DNA of 64,000 nt from Bispira polyomma (lineage: Eukaryota), in NCBI GenBank assembly GCA_965649765.1, contig OZ287754.1, positions 30,504,001 to 30,568,000 of the forward strand, in the 5' to 3' direction. The notes under the pieces are model-generated. The model made no database searches. It was not told where the DNA came from and saw only the letters and a list, made by a program, of their open reading frames with translations. Shown here in pieces: positions 1-12,700 of the stretch. A program made the position numbers and the translations under genes. The stretch's first letter is position 1, and each line of letters begins with the position of its first letter.

Positions 1-689
1 ATTAGAACTATCTGTATAAAATCAGTACTGTAGTATTAGAGATTTTAATATAAACATACTGTAACTTACGTTTACCTTTAATTTTTTGAAAATTTCCAAT
101 TATTTGTCACAAAACTTATTAAATATTGTACACCAGCTTGTTGATTTTAAATTTGCATTTGAAATAGGTGTATTAAACAGTTAAATTAAATATGCACTTA
201 AAAGCAAAACATAAATTTAATTTAATTTTTTTGTGTTTAGACCAAAAGTAAAAAGCAAGAAAAGCAATACGTTTTTCAGTATTCTGTTTTGTAAAGTTTG
301 TACATTTTAGGGGTGTAACAGGTAAAATAAATGGGTTCGAACACCCATACAGGGAATCTCAGCCGGACTTCCATTAACTCTTGCTGTTAGTATTTACCAA
401 TAAGAAGCATTATTATCAACAATATGATATCTATGATATCCTATGAAATATTTGGTGCTATTTCTGAAACTTTAAATTCACGAAGACGGCCTAGTGTTTG
501 TAAATATGTCAGTCATTAGTGTACATTGAACCCTGTGAGTACTCAAAGTCAGGCCAACTTTGACTGCAAGAGGACATGCGCCCATTTTACAGGTTAAATT
601 AGATGTAAAATAATAGGATGAGTTAAGTTACAATGAGATAATGACAATAAAACATCAGGTGGCAGGTTCTACTCTAGCAGAATACTTAC

Positions 690-728
690 TTGGTGCTTCA
701 GTAGTTGTACTAGTTGTATCTTCTGCAT
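690..728 (-). CDS. Gene A exon 17, Thr-rich linker micro-exon
   Basis: DAEDTTSTTTEAP; TAG acceptor, GTAAG donor, phase 1-1. Confidence 0.7.
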
Positions 729-3700
729 CTAGAAAAAAGCCGCACAGAAGCAATAAGATAGGAGTTATGGTTATATACATTGTTCACTGACCAGTGATAA
801 ATAATGAAGAAAGTATTCATTGTTTATTATTGTGCTATTTTTGAAAGCAGTTTTCTAAACCACCCTTACCTCACCATCTCATTTATCTGTTAATACCTCC
901 CTAAACAAGACATTTGAATGAAATTGATTTGGGTCCATATGTGCTAATGGCTGCTGGGTAATACCGTTCCCTCTGTGTCAGGCAGGTAATTGAGTAGGCG
1001 TCTACCTTGTCTTGACTTTCTAGTCCTACTCTTGACTACTTGCCACAAGGAGTTCATATTCTTGCAAATATAACTCCAGTGCTTTATTGACAAAATGTCT
1101 TAAGCTTAATATTTTGAATTTGGCTGTATATGTTAAGATTTTGGTCTTACTACTTAATACTTAAAGAATAGAACAGATGTTTTGTTGAAAGATCACAAAG
1201 TAGGCCCCAGTGTTGTTCTAAATTATTATACCCGAGTGTGACAAATTACTGGGAGTCCTACCTGGTAAATTCTTGTTACACAAGTCAGTGGTACAACAAT
1301 CATAGCAAATGGCACCCACTTCATCGTATCCAGTACACTGAGATGCCTGGGAAAATAGAAAGAGGACACAATAGCTGGATCAACAAAGACCCCAAATATA
1401 GCTTTAGTTTAGTTTAGGTTTAATATCACTTTCAACATGATTGTGTCATATTACAACAGACAGTTCAGGAGGAAAATAGAAAAAGGTAGTTGGTCAAGGT
1501 TTTTAATATGGCTCTTGAATATTGCACAGAAAGTAGTCATAACATGTGGGAGTGTACAGGTGTATACCAGTTATCCGATTTCCTCTTACCTAAATATTTG
1601 ATTTCATGAACGTATTATTGTTGTCCTTAACATATCACTATTGCACAAAAGTGTACCTTCTATAATCTTGCTGTGTCTCCCACAAGAGTGCACCTTCTAT
1701 TATCTTGCTATGTCTCTCACAAGAGTGCACCTTCCATTATCTTGCTATGTCTCTCACGAAAGTGGCCCTTCTATTATTTTGCTGTGTCTCCCACAAAAGT
1801 GCACCTTTTTTTTGTTGCTATGTCCCCCACAAGAGCTCGCCTTTCATTATCTTGTTATGTCTCTTACAAGAGTGCACATTCTATTATCATCCTATGTCCC
1901 CCACAAAAGTGCACATTCTATTATCTCTTATGTCCCCCACAAAAGTGCACATTCTATTATCTTCCTATGTCCCCCACAAAGGTGCACATTCTATCATCTC
2001 TTATGCCCCCCCCCCCCCCACAAAAGTGCACATTCTATTATCTCCTATGTCCCCCACAAAAGTGCACATTCTATTATCTTCCTATGTCTCTCACAAAAGT
2101 GCTTGGTGTTCTAATACTTGGCACATGGTTGTTGTAATTTGGTATAAAAGTTTTGATACAAGTCCACTTTAAAACAAAATATTTCAGATATAGAATGTTG
2201 TTCTCATTGTACTAATTTATAATTTTAAGTACGGTTTTACTGTAAATACTTGAAAACATCCTGACTTACATATTGCTGTTTTTCACTCTCACACACACTC
2301 TTGGCCTTACATCTTTTTGTGATGGTCTTGTAATGTTGGTACACCCTGACCTCAGTTTGACATCCACCCTAAAACACAAAATAACAACTTATTATCCTTG
2401 CGGCACTGTGTTATGAAGATATAGGATTGGGCCACTTTAGAGATGAATTAATATGGTGGGAGGAAGGCAAAGTCTAAATACAAACAAGACAGTTTAGCTC
2501 ATTAGCGATCTTACAAGTAATGAATTATAAAGTCTTCAGTAATCAAGAACTATATCAATAAATAATATGATCACTTACCAGCATTGATAATATATTGAAA
2601 CTATAGTCAGGTACCAGAATAAGGCACGTCTTTAGTTGGATTGTAATATTGCATAGATTATTGCTCCATAATGATCCATATTGTACATACATATATATAC
2701 ATAAGTCTTGAATCCTGTTTAAATGGTCACATGATCAATATTCTCACCTGATGGTACTGGTTTTTCACAGCCACTACTCAGATACATGTTGCATGTATAG
2801 GAGTTTTCAGTACAAGTTTGCATGGTCACATGACACATATGCCCACCTGATCACTTACAATGTCTCCTTGGTTACATGTTTGCTCCTGACCACTGCTCAC
2901 ATACATGTTGTATGTAAAGCAGTTTTAAATCATGTTTGAATGGTCACATGTTGACCATGTTGAGTCCTAGTATAAATGGTCACATGACACATTGGGTCAC
3001 CTGATTACTTACTGTGTCTCCTTGATTACATGTTTGCTCCCACCCACTGCTTACACACATAGCTTCATTGTTAGCATTAGTACACGCCCAGCACACTGAG
3101 GCAGCACTGTCACCTGGTGAGTAAATATAGAAAACACGAGTGGAACAATTGATGGAACTTTAAGGTCAAGGTATGAGAGGTTTAAATACAATACAACTTT
3201 AAATTTCCAGTGTCTTCAGAATCACTACTGACAGTTTTTAAGATTTAAGTGATTTTAAGTTTGTCCTAAGAATAGGAAAAGCAAAAGAGAAATTCAATTG
3301 TGAATTTTGTCAAAGATGGACTGGAATGCAAAAGAAAATTCAATTTTGATTTTTGTTTGTTAAGACCAGAATTAAAAATAGCAGCAAAAAAAAAATGTCT
3401 ATATTTGAGGAACATTGACTATACATACTGATTTCACACAGAGCTCCCTCATAATCCGTCCCAGTACAGTCACAAGTAAATGTCCTAACCCCATCTACAC
3501 AGACACCATTTGTACACGGGGAATCAGCACAGTCGTCTATTTCTGGAATACAACACAACAGTTTAACGGGCATATTTCTCTATGATAAATCTATGGATTC
3601 AACTTAATGAAGGTATCTGCAGTAGTTTTCTATATACTCAAATATAGGTAAACTCACTAAAGTAAACTCGGCAGGTGCCAGTCTGATAAAGTCGTCATCA

Positions 3701-6700
3701 TTTCTTCATAAACTCATCACAAAAAGAAATTCAAGGATGACCAGTTTATTTCAAGTAGAATCGGCCCGAGTGGTGCCGAAGTTTTTTTTTGGGCCGATTT
3801 TACTTTGAAGACAACTGAACCACATTCCACATATACTAAAACATATATAGTGAACTAACCGAAAAACTTCCCAACAATGAACACTTTTTCCCTGTCCTTT
3901 TGGTGAAGAGCACTGAAGACGTATTTTTAATGTACTGAACAATTTGGTCTTGAACATATGGAGAAGATACTGTTTTACTTGGTGTTTTACACAGAATTTG
4001 CCCATTGTATAAAATAAATGTTCATCGGTGATGTACATCCTACTTTAGAACTACAAGTAAAATTTAGGTCTTAGTTTAATATACAACACTAAAAACTACA
4101 ATTGTTCTGTATATTCAAGCCTTACTTTGGGTACTGGTTTTGATAATGGTGCATTATACTCCTATGGTGCTCCTAGTGAACACCTCTTTATAGTAACAAT
4201 TTGGCTGGGTCCCATGAGTGTTCATAATATAGAGGTTTTACTGTTATATTTAATCCTTACTTTGGTCACAGATGTCGCCACTGTAGTCTACCTGGGAACA
4301 GTCGCAAGTGTAGGAGTCTATACCATCCACACACACACCATTTGTACAGGGAGAACTGGCACAGTCATCTACAATGTGGCCAACATTGCAAATTTTTATA
4401 ACTTGGGCAGTGTGTTATGCCATTTACAAAGAATGATAGACAGTCCGTAATACAATTTAAAAATTGTAATATAGTAGAATGTCGGTTATCTAAATGCATC
4501 TTCTATTTTACAAACATTCTATTATTGTACCAGAGTCTTGCTCTGCCAACATGTTCAGATAATAGAGGTTGTACTGTACAATCTAATGATATAGTATGAA
4601 ATTTTAAATCACTTTTTTATTAAATTGACAAGTAACTCTTGTTTTGAATAAGAAAAATAAATAGTTTTGAATTGAGAAATAATATTGGGCAATAATATTA
4701 CAAACTAAAGAAAATTTCATACAAATACTGGTAGTATAGAACAATTTACAATAGTGATAAATCATTGCTGCTATAAGAAATTTCAACATTTAAACCATTT
4801 TTATGCAACATCATCTTTTACTCAATTCAGATAAAAACATTGTTATCAGACACAACATACCACAGGGTGAATTGCCATGCAGTTGTACCAGCCAATGAAA
4901 TTGTTGAAACACTATAAAAAAAATTTGTGAATACAAAGTGCTTTGTATTTTATCCTTATCCACCATGCAGGAACTCATTATGATCCCACTATGTGAATTG
5001 GATCAGTCTTCTGTGTACATACAAAACTTGTCCGAGCACCAGTATCTATTCACAAAGTCAAACTGCCCTCATATAATGCTTGAGAGAAAAGGACATGAAG
5101 AAAGTCTAACAAGGTCTAGTGGTTAGGGAGTTAGACTGGTGATCAGAAGGTCCCGGGTTCGACTCCCTTTTATTTGGGGGATAATATCCTTGGGCAAGAT
5201 TTGTACTCGCCTAGTGTCTCGGATTAACACTTACAATTGCAGTCATGTGTCACTCGGTCCCATTCACAGTGGCAGACTCAAGATCCTTGGGTATGTTGAT
5301 AAATGGTCATCCTCAAGCCTCTCTCTTCGGGTTGGGGGAATGACAGTAATGGATACAGTTGACTGTTACAGTCAGGAAAAGATTAATTAGCTTAATAATT
5401 AGCTTAATACCATATTAAGGTAGATATATGCAGATAAATACGAATGCGAACAAATACAAACACCCCAGCTGTGAAGACATACCAGATCCTTCTTCAGTAG
5501 AACAGGTACTGGATTCGTATTCACACCTCTTGGTTCTGTCATCCCAAACCAGATTTGCTGCAGAACACTGTCTGTTGTCATAGAAGATTCCTCCTCCACA
5601 GCTAGCATACACATTACATCCTTGACAAGATTGGTAATCACCATCTGGGATGTTAGAGCAATCACTGATACATTCCCCTGAAATGTACAAATTTGTCATT
5701 ACATCTTCCATTACATAAAGATGAAAGCACACTATTCAATAAATACTAAGATAAGCCGTGGATACGCCCTTTTCCAAAAATGTAAATGCTGGTATGTAAT
5801 CACCCCTAAGTGAGGACTTAGTCGACACCACTTTTACAGCTGTTGGTAAAACTTTTTTGTCTATCCACGTAAGAATGATGTAAAAATATGCATTTGTTCT
5901 ATAATCTGATGTCGCCCCTAAAATTTCAGGCATAGTTTTAAAAAATCAAGCTAATTTTAATGATGTTAATTATTGTCATCAGTTGCATTACTTACCTACA
6001 ATCACATTGTTACAGTTATTAGTTGTACAGCAATAGTAGCAAATAGATCCAGACACATCGTGACCAGTACATTGAGACTCCTGTAAACAGAAAACCAATA
6101 GTTTACAGTAAAACAGGTACACACTTCTAGTTATATCATACCCCCAGTACATTGAGACTCCTGTAAACAGAAAACCAATAGTTTACAGTAAAACAGGTAC
6201 CATTTCTAGGTATAACACACCCCTAGTACTTTGAGACTCCTGTAAACAGAAAACCAATAGTTTACAGTAAAACAGGTATCATTTCTAGTTATAACATAAC
6301 CCAAGTCCATTGGGACTCCTGTAAACAGAAAACCAATAGTTTACAGTAAAGTAGATACCATTTCTAGTTATAACATAACCCCTGTACATTAAGAATCCTG
6401 TAAACAGAAAATCAATAGTTTACAGTAAAACAGGTACTACTTCTAGTTATCATTTACAAAAATGGCTTCAAAATGGATCTATGATTGTCTGATAATAATG
6501 GTGATATCAATGCAAGGACAACTGACCCGACTTAAGTAGAATCCTTTAAAAGAAATGGCCCAAATATGTTTCAACTTTTATTGCTACACATAGTACACAA
6601 TACTGTGACATATACATGGTTGAAAAATATCATGCACTCACAGAAAATACCAAAGGACATATAGTGAACAATATACAGACATAAGATGAACATGTGAACT

Positions 6701-9700
6701 GATATTTAAGCACAAAACAAGATATCTCAACACACACTATTTTATGCTAAATCTCCAGCATGAAGATTATCTTTGCTGTTAAAGCATGTTTAATTATCTC
6801 TGATTTCTATCAGGTCTTAAATATTAGATGAATTTAGTACATCAGTATCAACCAGGTTGTGTTGAAGAGCAACCAGTGAATCAAACAAGTCATGTAACAA
6901 GTATATTGATAATTTAGATTCAGCTGTTCAAGCCATTTACACTCCAAAACCACTTATAAACTAAAGACCACAGACTACTTACATACTGAGTTACTTCACT
7001 GGTACAGATAGATTCAGACTTGCATCCTTTAGTGATGGACATTCGGCCGTCACCATGACTACGTACTACTGTCTGACATCCGCCCTGTTTAATGAGTACA
7101 AAGATGGATTGTAATATATAGTACATGTACACTAGTCTGCCTTGTCTGGCAGGAAACCCCAGCCTGCAAGCTGTACCCATAATGTACAATGCAAATTAAA
7201 GCTAGAATCAACAATTGCAAGAGTAAACTGTGCTGTGAAAAGACAGGGTTGATGAGCAGCTCTTATTAAAAATATAAAATGTTTAACAATTAAATTAAAA
7301 ACAGTTTTTCAAAGATAATATTTTCAATTGGTAATGATATTCATAATATTCATTAAAAAGCTCCAGTCGTGCAATACCATGGTCTGAATTGTTTTTGAAC
7401 TCTGAATACTCTACTTAACCTCAACATTTAAGGCATAATGACCTTTGACCCTGATTTGACAACTTGTATGATCTATAACTCCGCATTTACTGGTTACATG
7501 ATTTTATTAATATTCATCAAGCAGTTTGTGTTTTTTTTCGCTGCATCATGTCATCACCTTTATTTAACTTTTACCCTTGAAGTTATGGCCTTGACTTTAA
7601 ATATTATAAACTAGGCTCATAACTACATCACAAAGACAACTTGTTGCAGGAAGTTATCCATGGCTACAGTTATTTATTTAGGGATGCATATGTTTCTCCT
7701 TTAGTGCGTTAAAGTAGGCTACTATTCCCTCCTCTTTCCTATTGGGTTTTGTCATCTGCCATATTATTTTATTTATTTGTAGTGTAGGCATTGACATCAC
7801 ATTCAAATTCTTTATTGGTACTGGAACCGATCTACTCCCAACAAGTACTTAGCAAACTTTCTGACCCGTAGGAAACAGTTTGAGTTGGACCTACTGTCCT
7901 TAGAGAGGCTAGTGACATTAAGGTAGATGCTTATAAACTTAAAAGACATAATGCAAAAGGTTACAAGCTAATCTAGATGACAGCCAATAATATAAGTAAG
8001 GTCAAAAGTAATCTGTCGATTGATGAGAGTGGTGAGAGTAGTGTTAATATTTATAAATATATCTGACATAAAAACCAAATAAAAATTTGTGAGGATAAAA
8101 ATAGATTCTGCGATTTTAAGACAACTACTATTTTAAGACATCTACTATCACTAGTACTTACTGTATCTCCTGCTGAGCATGTCTGTTGTTGACCATTTTG
8201 CCTACAGAGGGAGTCACTGTCTTGACTGTTACAGCTCCAACACTGGTTGGCTGCCCCATCTGATTAAGATAAATTAAGTGATATTTGTGTTGATTTGTGC
8301 AGTGACCTAATGGTTATGGAATCATTTATTTCACAAGTACTTTTTTTATTGCTGAGGATGGGGATGCCAATCCTACTACATTTCTTCTGTGGCAAAGTTT
8401 GTCAGTTACTAATCTTATGCTCTATTAACCTATACAAGGTAAGGTAGGCAGCACAAGAAGGAAGGTTAAAGGTAATGACATACAGTGTACTATTCTTTCT
8501 GTTGGTCATAAGCCTTAGAATACATGATAGCCCAGGGAAAGAGACTGCCTTTGCCTTGGCAGCTTTGCAGGCAGTGTTAGATTATGTATCCACAGTAACA
8601 TAACATTCATTAGAGGGTTTATGAGGCTTTGAACGTGTTAATGAATGATGTGATTACACAAAGAATTATAATATTATTGTGGTGTATTGACACATTCAAA
8701 AGTAGAAATTAAGAAGGGAAGGTTTTTTTGCAAAGAAAAATGCCTATATTTTAGGAACTTTGATTATACATACTGTTTTCACACAGAGTTCCCTCATAAT
8801 CTGTCCCAGTACAGTCACAGGTAAATGTCCTAACCCCGTCCACACAGACACCATTTGTACATGGGGAATCAGCACAATCGTCTATTTCTAGAACACAATA
8901 CAATAGTTTATAACAACTAGAACTTGCTAATATTGGTAACAGGGCATATTTTGGCGAAAAATATTGAAAACAGGACACATGTCTGGGTTAAAAATATACA
9001 CATTATCATGTATGGATGCCCCCCTTCATCTTTGTAGCTATAGTGGGCATCTAATGTTTTCATAATGGTCCCAAAATCAATTCCAAGCAAGCTATACCTA
9101 TGATAAATCCCTGGATTCTACCTAATGAAGGTGTCTGCAATAGTTTTCTATTTATTTAAAAATAGGTAAACTTATCACTAAAGAAAAATCAGCAGGTGCA
9201 AGTCTGTCAAACTTGTTACCACTTAATTAACCCAACACCAAAGAAATTAAGGGAACGCGAGTTCTTTTTAAGTAGCATTGGCCTGAGTGGTGCTCAAGTT
9301 TGTTGGGGTTTGCTTTGGTGACAACTGAACCACATACCACATATAGTAAAACCTCATATATAGTGAACGAATCGGAAAACCTCCCTACAGTGATCACTTT
9401 TTTCCTGTTCTGTTACAATACTGATAAATTCTACAGTACCTTCTAGACCAGTTATCTTGTTATGACAAGATAATTTAGTCATGGGAACGAGTTGATCTTG
9501 ATGGAACGATATCTTAAGGTGTCTTGTTATACCAAGGTCTAGAAAAGTAGATACTTTACAATTCATCAGTATTGAAACAGGTGGAATAGTGTGGAATAGT
9601 CATGGAATAGTGAAGGCCTCTTACGGATATATTTTCTAATATACTTGTTTTTTTTACACAGAATTGGACTATTGCACAAAATATATGTTTATCGATAATG

Positions 9701-12700
9701 TACACCCTACTGGTTTTAGAATAACAACTAAAATTTAGGTCTCAGTTATCTATACAACAGTGAGAACTATAATTGTTCTGTATATTCAATCCTTACTTTG
9801 GTCACAGATGTCGCCACTGTAGTCTACTTGGGAACAGTCGCAAGTGTAGGAGTCGATACCGTCCACACACACGCCATTTGTACAGGGAGAACTAGCACAG
9901 TCATCTGCAATGTGTCCAAGATTTCCAAGTTTTTGAAGAAATTTACAGATTAAAAGACATTTTGCAAGTACAATTAGAACAATTAAAATATAGTAGAACG
10001 TCTGTTATCTAAATGCATCATCTATTTTAGAAACATTCTATTATGCGAACAAAGTTGTGCTGTCTCAACATGTTCGAATAATATAGGTTGTACTGTACAA
10101 TATTATTATATAGTAAACGAGCTAATACATTTTAAATTTTAAATTGACAAGTAACTTGTCTTGAATTAGAGAAATAACTAGTTTTGAATTGAAAAATAAT
10201 GTCAAATAATATTAGAAACTAGGGAACATTTGACACAAATACTAATAGTCCAGAGCAATTTAGAATAGTCGAAAATCATTGCTGCCAACACTACATGTAT
10301 CAGCATTTTATTTCAAACACTGTTACCAAAAATAGTTTATGTCACAATAACAAACAAAATATATTATAGGGTGAATTTTCATGCAGTGTGGTCAGCCAAT
10401 GGAATTTGTTGATACAAATATTTAAAAAAAAAATCTTTTGTGCATACCCAGTGGCTAGTTTCATTGGTGGGATAACATCCTTGGGCATCCTAGTTTACAT
10501 GTGTCTATTGGATGACCACTTAAAATGGCGGTCATCTGTCATTAGGTTCTATCCCCAGCGGCAGGCTTCTATCCTCAAGCCTCTCTTCAGTTAGAGGAAT
10601 GACAATTAGCACTCTGAATGCCAGATTAAGGTGGATATATACACCGAGTATAAATACAAATAAGAATAAACAAATACAAACACCCCAGCTGTGAAGACAT
10701 ACCAGATCCTTCTTCAGTAGAACAGGTACTTGATTCGTATTCACACCTCTTGGTTCTGTCATCCCAAGCCAGACTTGCTGCAGCACACTGTCTGTTGTCA
10801 TAGAAGATTCCTCCTCCACAGCTAGCATACACATTACATCCTTGACAAGATTGGTAATCACCATCTGGGATGTTAGAGCAGTCACTGATACATTCCCCTG
10901 AAATGCACAAATCTGTCATTACATCTTCCATTACGTAAAGATGAAAGCACACCATTTAATAAATACTAAGATTAGCCATGGCGATGCCCTTTTTCAGCTA
11001 TCCATATCAACATATCAGAATGACTTTGTCATCGGATGTAAAAATGTAAATGCTAGTCTGTAATCCCACCTAAGTGAAGTCTTAGTCAACACCACTTTTA
11101 CAGCTAGTCATTTTTGCCTATCCGCATAAGAATGACTTCATTTCAAGATAACATCTCATGCAAAAGTGTAAATATTTTTGTAAGCTAATGTTACCCCTAA
11201 AATTTTAGGCATAATTAAACTAGTTTTAAGCCTCCCTGTGAATCACCAGACATAAAAAAGAACAGTGATCAGTTGTAAATGACAATAAAAAAATTGACTG
11301 AATAGTTTTGTATATTGTGTGTAGACTGTCAAATGCAAGGAAAGTCAATAATATAGAGCAAACTGTCTACTTTGTAGATTGTTTTCTCATCGTAAAAATT
11401 ATGTTTCTAGATGTTTTGCAGGATATACCTATACTACACTTAAACTACATTCCAAACTCGTTGTCCAACCAAATTTTGCTATCTACAGAGAAAGCATTCT
11501 GTTATCTGACACTGTGGCATTGAGGCTAACTTAATTACTTAGAAATGAAGAGGACCTGTGTTTGATCCCAGCCTGGGACAACCAGGTACGGTACAAGGAG
11601 ATAAATAAAGGTTAATAAGTGTATTAAATACCAGATAAATGTACAGAGATATGGTGTGTATAAATTTAATACAATATTATTGACCACATGTCTCAAGTTC
11701 AGCACACAACATAAAAGTCTGAAGTTAACAAAATAAATAAAAAATATACAAAAGTTCGCTGAAAACTAAATATTTCTTCAGATAATATCAATCAAAAACA
11801 CTTCTTCTTTAGAATTAAATAAGCTTTTTAACCTCTGATTAATGTCATGCATATGATGAGTATATTTTGATCAGTTGCATTACTTACCTACAATCACATT
11901 GTTACAGTTATTAGTTGTACAGCAATAGTAGCAAATAGATCCAGACACATCGTGACCTGTACATTGAGACTCCTGTAAACAGAAAACCAATAGTTTATAG
12001 TAAAACAGGTACACACTTCTAGTTATATCATACCCTCAGTACATTGAGACTCCTGTAAACAGAAAACCAATAGTTTACAGTAAATCAGGTACCACTTCTA
12101 GTAATAACATAACCCCAGTACATTGAGACTCCTGTAAACAGAAAACCAATAGTTTACAGTAAACAGGTACCATTTCTAGTTATAACATAACCCCAGTACA
12201 TTGAGACTCCTATAACAGAAAACCAATAGTTTACAGAAAAACAGGTACCACTTCTAGTTATAACATAAGCCCAGTACATTGAGACTCCTGTAAACATAAA
12301 ACCAATAATTTACAGAAAAACAGGTACCACTTCTAGTTATAACATAACCTCAGTACATTGAGACTCCTGTAAACAGAATATCAATAGTTTACAGTAAATC
12401 AGGTACCACTTCTAGTTATAACATAACCCCAGTACATTGAGACTCCTGCAAACAGAAAACCAATAGTTTACAGTAAAACAGGTATCACTTATAGTTATAA
12501 CATAACCCCAGTACATTGAGACTCCTGTAAACAGAAAACCAATAGTTTACAGTAAAACAGGTACCACTTCTAGTTATAACATAACCTCAGTACATTGAGA
12601 CTCCTGTAAACAGAAAACCAATAGTTTACAGAAAAACAGGTACCACTTCTAGTTATAACATAACCCCAGTACATTGAGACTCCTGTAAACAGAAAACCAA

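Noticed and set aside
1641-2172. Three overlapping repetitive ORFs of about 155 aa
   Set aside because: They are translations of a 36-37 bp intronic minisatellite that is open in all three frames, antisense to gene A.
5110-5170. tRNA gene
   Set aside because: A and B boxes are present but there is no closed acceptor stem, and the sequence runs on into a SINE-like body.
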